Below are positions 22,053 through 31,484 of a stretch of 44,765 nucleotides of DNA, in pieces. Position numbers and translations under genes: made by a program. The notes beneath the pieces were generated by a model. The model did no database searches and was not told the DNA's origin. It saw nothing but the letters and a program-made list of their open reading frames with translations. Origin of the DNA: a virus (taxonomy: Duplodnaviria; Heunggongvirae; Uroviricota; Caudoviricetes); the IMG/VR virus record IMGVR_UViG_3300020152_000001, positions 1 through 44,765 of that record; one strand, 5' to 3'. Position 1 is the stretch's first letter. Every line of letters starts with the position of its first letter.

Positions 22053-22338
22053 CGCTTTCGAGTTCCTTGGCGCCTTGTCGAAGTTTCGCTTCCACGGCCT
22101 CGGCCTTGATGAGGATCAGGACCAGGGCCTTATCGACCGGCCACCCGTGATGGAGGTCGAGATGCCGGGCTCGCTCGTAAGCGTCCGCGCTTTCACGCAG
22201 CGCCGACCGCAGGCAGCCGCGTATCCACACAGGACAGGCGACGTTCTCAGCGGCGAACCATAGGGTGACTTCCGGCAGCAGCTCACCGGCGATGAGGTCA
22301 TCGAGCACGGGCTGCGGCGGAATTGCGTGTTCCGGCAT
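21988..22338 (-). CDS. hypothetical protein
   Basis: First ORF after the promoter at 22347-22375. Confidence 0.6.
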   Translation of the reverse strand: MPEHAIPPQPVLDDLIAGELLPEVTLWFAAENVACPVWIRGCLRSALRESADAYERARHLDLHHGWPVDKALVLILIKAEAVEAKLRQGAKELESGASSNVVSLFGPNVLALRPGH

Positions 22339-22346
22339 GCCTGACG

Positions 22347-22386
22347 ACCATGTCAGCCAGACTAACGCTTGTCAATATCGCTTACG
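22347..22386 (-). promoter_or_regulatory. promoter of the resolvase/terminase operon
   Basis: CGTAAGCGATA-TTGACA-N17-CATGGT. Confidence 0.55.
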
Positions 22387-22459
22387 GCTCAAAGAGCGTT
22401 AAAAGCGTTCAGAGGTCGCGAATTGTCCTCAGGCTGGAGTGAGGGACGGCTGCGTATCA

Positions 22460-22925
22460 GCCAACCCAACGCCCCAGTACCCTTTGACCCAACGCCCCGA
22501 TACCCTTCCACGCTCTGTTTCGCCATAATTCTCTTCCCAGTAGAACTGCTACAGTAATCTCCATTACAGTAACATTTCTGTAGCACTTCTGTATCCAACA
22601 TCTAGTACCCAACGACCCAACACACCCACTATATCTATTACTTCTTCTCCAATTAAGATATGTTGTTACAGTGCTACAGGAAAATCACCTCTGACCTCCT
22701 CGGCCGCCTCTTCCCACCTAAAAGCGAATTTCATTTGGGGAATTCCCCCGTCTCTCCACCCCAAATGCCCTGGAAAATCCCAGCGACTGGAGGCGGCATT
22801 TTTTCTGTAACACTGTAGCAGCTCTACATATAGTAGACCCAACGCCCCAATACGCATCAAAACCACTATATCGTGGATACAGAAGTGCTACAGAAGCGAC
22901 TTCGCATCTGTAACACCTGTAGCAG
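22460..22925. repeat. AT-richer repeat region at the strand switch (candidate origin)
   Basis: Nine TG(C/T)TACAG octamers in both orientations; 22-bp inverted repeat 22576-22597 / 22874-22895; four CCCAACG(C/A)CCC. Confidence 0.75.
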
Positions 22926-23061
22926 CGTCCCCCGCTCCGACTTCGAGGTCATCGGAAAAAATCTGGTCTCACCCGCGTTGACCGTCCGCGCTCTCGGAGG
23001 CCTTGACGGCGTTGGGTCGATGTTAACGCCCTTCAGGCAGTTTTACCGCCGGAGGGACCAA

Positions 23062-24063
23062 ATGCGTTTATTCGCCGCCGCCGTGGTTTTGGCTCTAGGG
23101 GCTTGCGCCAGCAGCGAGACCATGCGCGGTCTCCAGGCGCCAGAGCCCGCGCCCCGTGGCCTCATCATCTTCCCCGAGAGCCATCGCTTCCGCGACAGCG
23201 TCTACATCGAATACATCTCCGGCGTCAGCGAACACTCCTATGTCTTCGCCGAACCCAACGCCAATATCATGAGGCAGCTTCTGTATCGCGCCCTGGAGAA
23301 CTCCGGGGCCCGAGCGGCGACGATGACCAGGGCCCGCTATGGCCTCCGCGTCGAAGTCTCCGAAGCCCAGGGGCCGGGCCCCGGGACCGATTTCACCTCC
23401 CGCCTCCGGACCACCTACATCCTCGTCGAGCGCAACAGCGGTCGCGAAGTCTGGCGCCATGAAGCCACCTCGGAGGGTTTCGCCAACTACGTCTCCTGGA
23501 ACGAGAACGACCTCCGAACGGCGACACAGCGGAGCTGGCGGGCGACGCGGGCCGCCGCTGTCGCCGGCCTCCTGCCGGCGGGACTAGACCTCGCCTTCGA
23601 TGTTGAAGGCAGCATCAACGACTTCGAAGATCGCAGCAACGATGAGACGGGACCCTGGCGGGGCTACGACGAGTGGACAGAGGCCGATTGGGATGCGTTC
23701 TGGCAAATCTACAGCCAGACGCTTTTGGCCTCCGCCCTCTACGGCCCCGTGACCGTCGTCGGCGAGAACGTCAACCCCTGGAACTTCCTCCCCTGGGCCG
23801 ATGACGAAGCCGCCGCGATCGCCGCCTCTTCGAGTGGGACCTGGAGAAACGAGCGCGTCGGCAGCGTGCGTGCGGCCCGCGCCAATTATCGAGCCGCCAG
23901 CCACAACGTCACCTCTTTCCTCATGGCCTTCACCGAGTTTTCGGATGTCGAACTCACGCCGGTGTTGCCTTGCTACGGCGACGCCGAAGTCGAGGCCCTT
24001 AAGCTCGCGCTGATGGCGAGAGGCCATGGCTTCAGGACGGACTCTTGCCGCCTCCGGCGCTAG
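23062..24063 (+). CDS. predicted lipoprotein
   Basis: MRLFAAAVVLALGAC lipobox; GGAGGG RBS. Confidence 0.8.
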   Translation: MRLFAAAVVLALGACASSETMRGLQAPEPAPRGLIIFPESHRFRDSVYIEYISGVSEHSYVFAEPNANIMRQLLYRALENSGARAATMTRARYGLRVEVSEAQGPGPGTDFTSRLRTTYILVERNSGREVWRHEATSEGFANYVSWNENDLRTATQRSWRATRAAAVAGLLPAGLDLAFDVEGSINDFEDRSNDETGPWRGYDEWTEADWDAFWQIYSQTLLASALYGPVTVVGENVNPWNFLPWADDEAAAIAASSSGTWRNERVGSVRAARANYRAASHNVTSFLMAFTEFSDVELTPVLPCYGDAEVEALKLALMARGHGFRTDSCRLRR

Positions 24064-24096
24064 GCAGGCTCCACGCCTTCTAGTACCATCGTCGGA

Positions 24097-24432
24097 ATGA
24101 ACCCGCCTAAGATCATGGCCGCTCTTGCTCGCGATCTCGTCGCCGCGCAGGCCGAAGTCAAAAACTTCATCGCCAGCGTCAGGCCCGGCGACAAATACTC
24201 GCCGGCTAAGCTCTTCCCCGAACCCCGCCGCCGGGCCTTGTTCAAGCAGCTCCTGCGCGTCTACGCCCCGGGGTTCAAAGCCAGAGCCGGCGTCATCGTC
24301 GAAGTCGGCGTCATCGACATCAAGGCCGGCGACGATCTCGTCGTCGAGGCCTCTGGACTCTACCGGCGCATCGCCCGCATGGACTCCAGAAGCTTCGAGC
24401 TGCTGTCTTCGATGATCAACATCCCCACGTGA
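24097..24432 (+). CDS. hypothetical protein
   Basis: 111-aa ORF with phage-like codon use. Confidence 0.65.
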   Translation: MNPPKIMAALARDLVAAQAEVKNFIASVRPGDKYSPAKLFPEPRRRALFKQLLRVYAPGFKARAGVIVEVGVIDIKAGDDLVVEASGLYRRIARMDSRSFELLSSMINIPT

Positions 24433-24446
24433 TTAACTCCCTTCGG

Positions 24447-24487
24447 CGTAAGTTTGACTTGACGGCCGCTAGTCTCCGTGACATAAC
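24447..24487 (+). promoter_or_regulatory. promoter
   Basis: CGTAAG..TTGACG-N17-CATAAC. Confidence 0.6.
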
Positions 24488-24525
24488 CTTCGCAACTACG
24501 AAGCGAAACGGAGAGACACGACGGC

Positions 24526-25212
24526 ATGACGAAGCGCTACCCCGACCCCTCTGAGCCCGTTGCCGATTGGATGCTGTCGGGGTTCACGTTCGGCGAGCGC
24601 GCTGAAATCCGCCGGCGCCGGAAGGCGTGGCTGGCGCAGAACCGCGAGAAGCTCGAAGCCGAGAAGAAGCGCACGGCCCGCACCTGTCAGATTTGCGGCC
24701 GGCCTATTCACGCCGAGACCGGCGTCATCGCCCATCATGGATACACCCGCCCTTATCCCGGCGTCCAAACGAATTCCTGCTTCGGCGCCCGGCATCCCAG
24801 CTGGGAGCGCAGCCGTGATTGCCTCGGCGAGTGGATTGCCATGGTCACGCGCTGGCGCGATCTCGCCTTCGCCGCCGCCAAGGCCACCCGCGAAGAGACA
24901 CAGCCGGCCTATTACGGCGTCCGGTATTACAGTCGCGGCCACGTCCTCGCCGACAAGAGCGGGTACGTGACGCAGTCGTTCCCAGTCACCCGCGAGACCT
25001 TCGCCTGGGTGCAGGGCATCGCTCTGGCCCGCATTCACGCCATCCTCCCCTATCGTCCGGAAGAGTACCTGAAGACCTTCGAGACCGTCCGCGATGAGAC
25101 CGCCGCCGGCTATGATCGCGATGGCGAACGCTGGGAGATCGAGCGCAAACACTGCCAGGAACGCTACGACTCCTGGGTCCAGCTCGAAGGCGACGACGGG
25201 CAGCCTCTATAA
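24526..25212 (+). CDS. hypothetical protein with putative Zn-binding motif
   Basis: CQICGR..HHGY..SCFG; GGAG RBS. Confidence 0.8.
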   Translation: MTKRYPDPSEPVADWMLSGFTFGERAEIRRRRKAWLAQNREKLEAEKKRTARTCQICGRPIHAETGVIAHHGYTRPYPGVQTNSCFGARHPSWERSRDCLGEWIAMVTRWRDLAFAAAKATREETQPAYYGVRYYSRGHVLADKSGYVTQSFPVTRETFAWVQGIALARIHAILPYRPEEYLKTFETVRDETAAGYDRDGERWEIERKHCQERYDSWVQLEGDDGQPL

Positions 25213-25225
25213 AGAGAGTTAATCG

Positions 25226-25266
25226 CGTAAGTTTCGCTTGCATGATGTCAGCTTGTATGACACCAT
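25226..25266 (+). promoter_or_regulatory. promoter
   Basis: CGTAAGTTTCGC-TTGCAT-N17-CACCAT. Confidence 0.55.
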
Positions 25267-25296
25267 GCAATCACTGAAAGCAAAGGGGAGCCACGA

Positions 25297-25416
25297 GTGA
25301 AGTTCAAAGTCTGGACGCCGCGTCCCCGGAAGTTCTCGACCATGGTCGAAGCCAGCGCCCATGCGCAGGCCTACTTCCAACGCACAGGCATCGTCGTGGC
25401 TATCACCGATGCCTAA
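25297..25416 (+). CDS. small hypothetical protein (39 aa)
   Basis: GTG with GGGGAG RBS; own translation. Confidence 0.55.
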   Translation: MKFKVWTPRPRKFSTMVEASAHAQAYFQRTGIVVAITDA

Positions 25417-25861
25417 GGCCAGCGCCGAAATCCACGCGAAGGTCGCGGCCATGGATGCCGGCGATCTCGCGCGTCTGGTTTTCGCCAAGGCCGGCGCCGC
25501 CGCCTGGGAGCCGCCGGAGCCCAATCACCCGACTATCATCAAGCTCATCGATGCCGGCTACCTGCGACGCTGCGACATGCGCTGCGGCTTCGAGCGGTTT
25601 CGAGACACCGGCGTCAAGTGGACTGAAGCCGGCCTCGCCGTCGTCCGCCCGCAGATCGACTGGAAGCAGCGAGCCGAAGCCGCCATCGATGCCGCTGAGA
25701 AGCATCTGAGCAAGGCGAGTATGCGCTCGTCGGCGGAACTAGCCCTCGACGACGCAAAGCTCTGGCACGCGCGGGAGTGTTTCGACACCGCTGTGGCCCG
25801 AGCCCGCGATAGCCTCGCCTACAGCGTCGGCGTCTTCCATGAGGACTATCGCAACGCATGA
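25409..25861 (+). CDS. hypothetical protein
   Basis: Coupled ORF. Confidence 0.7.
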   Translation: MPKASAEIHAKVAAMDAGDLARLVFAKAGAAAWEPPEPNHPTIIKLIDAGYLRRCDMRCGFERFRDTGVKWTEAGLAVVRPQIDWKQRAEAAIDAAEKHLSKASMRSSAELALDDAKLWHARECFDTAVARARDSLAYSVGVFHEDYRNA

Positions 25862-26097
25862 ACCGCTTCATCGTCTCTCGCACCTATTTCGATCGCCGGC
25901 ACGAGCAGGATGTCACCGAGTATCTTCGGATCGACATCAACTTCGGCACCTTTCTTTGGGGCCACCGCAGCAGCGCCGCCGATATGACGCTGGTGGAGGC
26001 CGCGACGCTCGTCCGCATGTTCGAATCCGTCCCCAACAGTGACGGCGACAGCTGGGGCGACTTCGACAAACCCAGCTATGGAGTGTCGCGCCTGTGA
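25858..26097 (+). CDS. hypothetical protein
   Basis: ATGA overlap. Confidence 0.7.
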   Translation: MNRFIVSRTYFDRRHEQDVTEYLRIDINFGTFLWGHRSSAADMTLVEAATLVRMFESVPNSDGDSWGDFDKPSYGVSRL

Positions 26098-26489
26098 TGA
26101 ACGCCGCCGACCTCTATCTCGCGCTCTCGGCGCAGCCTTCAGACCAGCCCGTGTACGTCGAAGTCTCGGGAAAGTGGCTGAAGCTCGTCCACGCTGATGA
26201 GTCGCTGTCGCATCGGATTCTCGGAGTCCAGGGGCCGGTCTTCGTCCTGCACGCGCTACCGGAGACCGCCGACTTCGATCTCTGCGTCTACAAACACTCG
26301 CGTGGTTGGGCCATTGCCAGACGCGGCACCCAACGCGCCCGAGCCGTCTTCACAGGCGCATCGGCGAAGCAGAAGGCGCTCACCCGCGCCCGCCGCATCG
26401 CCACGCTTCACTATCGCCAGAACGGCGTCCATCCCCGCATCTTCGTCCATCGCAGCGACGGCCTAGTCGAAGCGGTGATCGCGCAATGA
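26094..26489 (+). CDS. protein with C-terminal DUF2188-like domain
   Basis: W..RG..RA..F..A..RAR..A..I.VH..DG pattern. Confidence 0.65.
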   Translation: MMNAADLYLALSAQPSDQPVYVEVSGKWLKLVHADESLSHRILGVQGPVFVLHALPETADFDLCVYKHSRGWAIARRGTQRARAVFTGASAKQKALTRARRIATLHYRQNGVHPRIFVHRSDGLVEAVIAQ

Positions 26490-26668
26490 AGAAGCTCACC
26501 CGCAAACAGCTGCTGAACGTCGTCGTTCAGTGCCAAGTTCTCTTCGGAGAAATCCGAGGTGCCTATGACAACGATCGAGGCATCGATCGCGCGTCCCTCA
26601 TCCACGCAAAGACGCAAGTCGGAGAGCAACTCTGCATCGACGCCCTGACGGCGGAGGACCCGCAATGA
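26486..26668 (+). CDS. hypothetical protein
   Basis: ATGA overlaps at both ends. Confidence 0.65.
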   Translation: MKKLTRKQLLNVVVQCQVLFGEIRGAYDNDRGIDRASLIHAKTQVGEQLCIDALTAEDPQ

Positions 26669-26982
26669 CGTTCTCTCGCCTTGCGCCGACGCCCTACGAC
26701 CAGCTGCCGGAGCAGCGTGTCGTCAGCTATCGCACTCGTGGCGGCGACGCCGGCATCGTCCTCATCGGCATCGAGCCCGGCGACGGCGGCGACAGACTTA
26801 TCTACGAACGCGCCACGCGATCCGCCGGTGCGTGGCAACGCGCCGTCAGAGCTTGGTTGCCCGAGCACGCAGAACAACAGCCGGCCTTCTATCTCGACAG
26901 CGACGGCGACCATCACTTCATCGGCAGCGCGATTGAAATCATGCCGCCTTGGTTTCGAGACAAAGAGGTACTGACGGCATGA
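26665..26982 (+). CDS. hypothetical protein
   Basis: ATGA overlaps. Confidence 0.7.
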   Translation: MTFSRLAPTPYDQLPEQRVVSYRTRGGDAGIVLIGIEPGDGGDRLIYERATRSAGAWQRAVRAWLPEHAEQQPAFYLDSDGDHHFIGSAIEIMPPWFRDKEVLTA

Positions 26983-27353
26983 AAAACAACTTCGTCAAAG
27001 CGCCATCTCGCCAGAGACTCGTTGAACTCCACGCATGGTGGGAGCGTAATTGCTTCAGCACCGATCAAAGCCATGAGTTTTCGTCTTTGGCGGGCAAGCT
27101 CTTCGCCTACATCGCAGAGGTCGACCCCGACCTCGCGCGTGAATTCGAAGCCAACAACCCGCCACCACCGCCGCCGGCGCCGAAGAAGGCCGGCGACCTT
27201 CTCAGCGACGAAGAGGCCAAAGCCATCGTCCTCCTCGGCGGCGTCGTCGAACCCTACGACCCAACGCTCCACTGCGATAACAAATGTCTCAGACGCGGCG
27301 CCTGCGACAGCTGCCCGCACCATCGCCTCGTCACTCCGCCGGTGTTCGCCTGA
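26979..27353 (+). CDS. hypothetical protein with C-terminal Cys/His cluster
   Basis: HCDNKC..CDSCPHH. Confidence 0.7.
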   Translation: MKNNFVKAPSRQRLVELHAWWERNCFSTDQSHEFSSLAGKLFAYIAEVDPDLAREFEANNPPPPPPAPKKAGDLLSDEEAKAIVLLGGVVEPYDPTLHCDNKCLRRGACDSCPHHRLVTPPVFA

Positions 27354-27835
27354 TGTCGAGACCCGGAAAGGCAAAGCGCGAGGCCCGCCGCCAAAAGCGG
27401 ATTGCCGAAGGCCGCACCGAGGACAAGCTCGTGCCCCTCGGCGTCGTCACCGGACCCGCGTCTGAGCAACCTCGACGCATGCGCGAACTCGCGGCCAACC
27501 TCTGCGCCCGGGCCCGTGCCTTCGATCGCGGCGACGTGTCCAACACCAGCACCGGGCTTCTCTACAACGCCGGCTCCGCACTCGCGTATGCCGCCGATCG
27601 TCTTGACGCCGTCGACCTGAAGTACGGCACCCGCGTTCGCCTTCGCGTCGCCAAGTGGGGACGGGAAGAGCGCCTGAACAACGACGTGCAACTCAAAGCC
27701 GGAGAAGAAGGACGCATCACCGAAGTTCGACGCTGGGGTCCGAAGCCCGACAACGTCGAATACGAGGTCAGCATCGACGCGCGGCCGGGTGTGGTGACGA
27801 AGTTCGACGGCGTCATTGGTTTCGAGGTCATCTGA
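27353..27835 (+). CDS. paralog 1 with shared C-terminal SH3-like domain
   Basis: GTRVR..AGEEGRI..FEVI. Confidence 0.75.
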   Translation: MSRPGKAKREARRQKRIAEGRTEDKLVPLGVVTGPASEQPRRMRELAANLCARARAFDRGDVSNTSTGLLYNAGSALAYAADRLDAVDLKYGTRVRLRVAKWGREERLNNDVQLKAGEEGRITEVRRWGPKPDNVEYEVSIDARPGVVTKFDGVIGFEVI

Positions 27836-28227
27836 TGTCTGAGACACTGCCCCTCTTCTCGTCACCGCTGCCAAAATTCCTGGAGCAAGTGGAACGCCGC
27901 GTCGACGAACGCACGACATTGGCCGGCCTCAGCGTCGAAGACTATCGCAGCCGCATCCCCATGGAGCCCGCGATTGTAACTCACATGTGCCGAGAACTCC
28001 GCAAGCGCGCGGTGACGATCGGCAGCCGGCTTCGCACGCTGAAGACCACATACGGCAGCGTCTATCGCGGTGGCGTCGCTCATCGTCTCGAAGCCGGCGT
28101 CGAAGGCGTGGTCGTGCAGATGAACCGCGTCGACTATGACGACGGGATCGAGATCACGATGGCCTGCGACGACACCTATAGGATGATCTCGCTGACGAAG
28201 GCCGAGGAATACGAGGTCATCGGATGA
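27835..28227 (+). CDS. paralog 2 with shared C-terminal SH3-like domain
   Basis: GSRLR..TYG..AGVEGVV..YEVIG. Confidence 0.75.
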   Translation: MSETLPLFSSPLPKFLEQVERRVDERTTLAGLSVEDYRSRIPMEPAIVTHMCRELRKRAVTIGSRLRTLKTTYGSVYRGGVAHRLEAGVEGVVVQMNRVDYDDGIEITMACDDTYRMISLTKAEEYEVIG

Positions 28228-28667
28228 GCGAACGCTGGCAATGGCACGGTGACTACCTGAAGATCGGAGACCCGGACTGGGTCGCCGAAGCCACAGAGCC
28301 GACTGCTAGCGCGCTGTCGTTCGGCGTCTTCGACGGCGGCATGGCCGTGAACACACCACGAGGCCGGCAGCGCGCGCGTTCCGGAGATTGGCTGTATCTC
28401 GCCGACAACGGCGACGTTTGGCTGGTGCCGCAGGCATTGTCTGATGTCCTAGGCGCAAGCAGACTTTCGATCGGCAGCCGCGTCCGCACCAAGATCGAGA
28501 CCTACGGCGGCAGCTACGTGGGTTCGACGACGTTTCACTTCAACGCCGGCATCGAGGGCGAAGTCGTCCGCCTGACGAAGAACTCCACCGGCGTCACCGT
28601 CGACATCCTAAGCGACGGAGCCGTTTACATCAGCGCCGACGCCGAAGCCTTCGAGGTCATCGGATGA
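28224..28667 (+). CDS. paralog 3 with shared C-terminal SH3-like domain
   Basis: GSRVR..TYG..AGIEGEV..FEVIG. Confidence 0.75.
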   Translation: MSERWQWHGDYLKIGDPDWVAEATEPTASALSFGVFDGGMAVNTPRGRQRARSGDWLYLADNGDVWLVPQALSDVLGASRLSIGSRVRTKIETYGGSYVGSTTFHFNAGIEGEVVRLTKNSTGVTVDILSDGAVYISADAEAFEVIG

Positions 28668-28900
28668 GCGGCTTCAGCGTCAGCGAAAAGTGGCTCTGGT
28701 ATACTCTCGGCTGTCAAGTCCGCTGGAGTTATCGAGAGGTCCTACGCTGCGTCTACAGAAACATTCCCGATCGCTATCGGACGCGGGAGCATCGAATAGA
28801 ACGTCATCGCATGCTCCGGCGGGTCTTAGATTATCACCAGCGCCGCCGAGATCACTTCGTCAAGATTTTCGGCCGCAACGCCAGGAGCTATCTGCGATAA
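28664..28900 (+). CDS. basic hypothetical protein
   Basis: Coupled ORF. Confidence 0.65.
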   Translation: MSGFSVSEKWLWYTLGCQVRWSYREVLRCVYRNIPDRYRTREHRIERHRMLRRVLDYHQRRRDHFVKIFGRNARSYLR

Positions 28901-29118
28901 TGCCGCTGAACCACGGAAGCCGTCAACAGAGATACAGCTACGTTCGCCCCGATGGCATCGGCGGCGTCGCCAGGACCTACGGTGTCGACTCCGCCGCCGC
29001 GTATGTCATGTGCATTCGCGGTGACGACGGCCGCTGGCGATCGAACGGCGTCTGGTCGGAGCCCACCGGCATCGCCAACGACAACATCGTCTTCGTCGAA
29101 GCCAAGAAGGTCTCATGA
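28900..29118 (+). CDS. hypothetical protein containing ANDN
   Basis: TAATG overlap; AGGAG RBS. Confidence 0.7.
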   Translation: MPLNHGSRQQRYSYVRPDGIGGVARTYGVDSAAAYVMCIRGDDGRWRSNGVWSEPTGIANDNIVFVEAKKVS

Positions 29119-29315
29119 ACAAAATCGATCACGCCATCTACACTCGCGTCGGCAGCAGCTGGGTCTACAGCGCCCAGCGCCTGCTTGAGGGGACGCCGAG
29201 TCGCGGCGACAGGATTACGATCGACAATAAATCCTACGTCGTTCATCAGGTCGCGTGGCCTTACGGAGCGCCGACCCTGTTTCTGCGCCGTCCTCTCATC
29301 AAAAGGATTATCTAA
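29115..29315 (+). CDS. hypothetical protein
   Basis: ATGA overlap. Confidence 0.65.
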   Translation: MNKIDHAIYTRVGSSWVYSAQRLLEGTPSRGDRITIDNKSYVVHQVAWPYGAPTLFLRRPLIKRII

Positions 29316-29419
29316 TGAAGAACTACAACATCGGTGACGTTCTGTTCGGCGTCGGCATTTTCATAGCCATGATCATGCCGGCGATCTACGCACTCGTCTT
29401 CCATGTCACAGGTCGCTGA
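29315..29419 (+). CDS. small membrane peptide (34 aa)
   Basis: TAATG and TGATG coupling; AAGGA RBS. Confidence 0.6.
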   Translation: MKNYNIGDVLFGVGIFIAMIMPAIYALVFHVTGR

Positions 29420-30012
29420 TGCATCTGATTGAGCACGCATACGGCTTTCGCCAGGGCACACGCGTGCTCTTCTTGAAGGCGCGATGGAAAGACGGCGTCG
29501 AAGAGCAGCGCTCGATCGCGCGCATCACCCATGACGAAGATCAGCATCGCGCCGCCGTCATCGAACTAGCGGCGATGGCCCGCCCCGGCGAGCGCATCTA
29601 CGGCAGCGTCAACGCTCGCGATGTCGGCAAAGCCGCGAAGTACCTGAAGCTCGCCATGATCGAAAACGACTACGCTGGCGGCGACCAGCTCGAATTCTAC
29701 CGCCGGCTTTCGGCACGATGGGAATCGGCGCTGATGCAACCCAGCAGCCGCGCCGACAAAGCATGGTTGTGGGATTGCGACGAGCCCGGCCAATATGAAG
29801 CCATCTCTGCGGCCTTCTTCGAAGCCATGCCGCAGTATTCCCCCTATCGCTATGAGACCGTGAACGGTCTCCACCTGATTACCCAGCCCTTCGACATGCG
29901 GAAGGTGCCGCCCGAGCTTCACAAACTCCGCGACGACAACGCGATGATGCTCTGGGGCTTTTGGAGGAAAGAGGCCAATGACCACCACGGAGAAACAGCG
30001 TTAACGGCGTAA
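29419..30012 (+). CDS. hypothetical protein with AEP-like DxD and NGxH motifs
   Basis: RIYGSVNAR, WLWDCD, ETVNGLHLIT. Confidence 0.75.
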   Translation: MHLIEHAYGFRQGTRVLFLKARWKDGVEEQRSIARITHDEDQHRAAVIELAAMARPGERIYGSVNARDVGKAAKYLKLAMIENDYAGGDQLEFYRRLSARWESALMQPSSRADKAWLWDCDEPGQYEAISAAFFEAMPQYSPYRYETVNGLHLITQPFDMRKVPPELHKLRDDNAMMLWGFWRKEANDHHGETALTA

Positions 30013-30047
30013 GTTTCTCTTGCTTTTCGTCGGAAACGTGATACCTA
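30008..30047 (+). promoter_or_regulatory. promoter
   Basis: CGTAAGTTTCTC-TTGCTT-N16-TACCTA. Confidence 0.5.
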
Positions 30048-30084
30048 CTTACACAACGACGAATTGCAAGGAGAAACGGGTGAA

Positions 30085-30297
30085 ATGAGCGAAGCGACCG
30101 CCAGCTACGAATTTGACGAGGACGCACTTGGCCTCGGTCAGTTTATCCAAGATCAGTTCGAAGCCATGGGCGACGACGTGTCTCCTGTCGTCTACGTAGA
30201 GGACGGCGAAGGCCGCGCCGCGACAAAAGCGGAGTGGATCGTTCGCACGTTGACGGACGGCACCAAGGTTGCCGAATTGCGAATCACCTTCGACTGA
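30085..30297 (+). CDS. acidic hypothetical protein
   Basis: AGGAG RBS region. Confidence 0.7.
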   Translation: MSEATASYEFDEDALGLGQFIQDQFEAMGDDVSPVVYVEDGEGRAATKAEWIVRTLTDGTKVAELRITFD

Positions 30298-30301
30298 AGC
30301 C

Positions 30302-30700
30302 ATGATTTACGACGACGCAAAAGTCCACGCCGCGAAGATTGCTATGGCAATGAACGCCGACGCGCGTCGCGCCGCCGCGCAAAGCGTCAGCGCTTCTCTC
30401 GAAGCCGTCCGCAAGCACGCTCCCGAACTCAACGACACTACGGCCGAGCACGTCGCCGCCGCTCTCTATCGCCTGACGTTGTCGGCCCCCTCCGAAGGCT
30501 TGGACTTCGCCAAGGCCGAACTCGCGTTCATCGCTCGCATGGTCCCGCACATCGAAGCCGGCAAGTCGTTTGACGAAGCCGCCCAAGCCGTGCTCGACGA
30601 CGACCAGCGTCTCTACGAAAAGCTTCACGGCCCCGAGCGCACGTACATCGTCGACGCTCTGTGCCAGCACGTATATCACGCAGCGCGGGGTGCCCGCTGA
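30302..30700 (+). CDS. hypothetical protein
   Basis: ORF in operon. Confidence 0.7.
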   Translation: MIYDDAKVHAAKIAMAMNADARRAAAQSVSASLEAVRKHAPELNDTTAEHVAAALYRLTLSAPSEGLDFAKAELAFIARMVPHIEAGKSFDEAAQAVLDDDQRLYEKLHGPERTYIVDALCQHVYHAARGAR

Positions 30701-31113
30701 TGTTCGCGATAGTCGCCTTCAACCCAACGCGCCCAAGAGGCCAACGTGTCCTCATCCACCGTGGCCTAGCCTCGGCTGAAGCCGCATTCCTAGAATGCTG
30801 GCACGGCGCCAGAGTTCCGGCGTCGTCTTGGCAGCAAATCGGTGACAGCTTCATCGCCGGCCACGAAGGCCGCAGCTACTACGTCATCAACGATGAAGAC
30901 GAACTCGTGAAAGAAGTCGCTGATGCCGCCGACGACGACCGCATCAGCATGGAATTCAAAGACATCAACGACGGTCGGGCATTCCTCCGAGCCAACGGTC
31001 TGGAGATCGTCGGCAGCAAAGGTTGGATTGGCGGCGGGCGTCTTGGTAGTTTGACCTTCAATTCCGAGAGCCGCAAATGGGCGGCGACCTGCTGGAAATC
31101 GGAGGCAGCTTGA
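30700..31113 (+). CDS. hypothetical protein
   Basis: TGATG overlap. Confidence 0.7.
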   Translation: MFAIVAFNPTRPRGQRVLIHRGLASAEAAFLECWHGARVPASSWQQIGDSFIAGHEGRSYYVINDEDELVKEVADAADDDRISMEFKDINDGRAFLRANGLEIVGSKGWIGGGRLGSLTFNSESRKWAATCWKSEAA

Positions 31114-31298
31114 ACCTTCGCGACCTCTCCACCGACGACCGCAGCGCCGTGGTTCTCTCCGAACTCGCGATGCAGCTCGTCGTCGTCGCTGAACTCCGCT
31201 GCGACGCTGCGAAACGCGCCGAAGTCGTTGCATATCTCCGTTCGCAGAACGAGAAGAACTTGACCCTCGTCGCCGACGCCATCGAGCGGATGGAGTAA
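31110..31298 (+). CDS. hypothetical protein
   Basis: TTG start with GGAGG RBS. Confidence 0.65.
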   Translation: MNLRDLSTDDRSAVVLSELAMQLVVVAELRCDAAKRAEVVAYLRSQNEKNLTLVADAIERME

Positions 31299-31301
31299 CT
31301 T

Positions 31302-31484
31302 ATGGCCGTCTACAAAGTCGTCCTCAAGCGCGTGATCGAAGTCCACTTCGAGATCGATGACGAAGGCCAGGGACCTAAGGCCTTGCGCCAGCGCATCAAC
31401 GACAACATCGACGACATGCTCCACGAGGGCAACGTCATGGTCGACGACCCAAAAATCCAATCGATGAAACGAAAGGAAGCCTGA
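31302..31484 (+). CDS. hypothetical protein
   Basis: GGAG RBS. Confidence 0.7.
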   Translation: MAVYKVVLKRVIEVHFEIDDEGQGPKALRQRINDNIDDMLHEGNVMVDDPKIQSMKRKEA

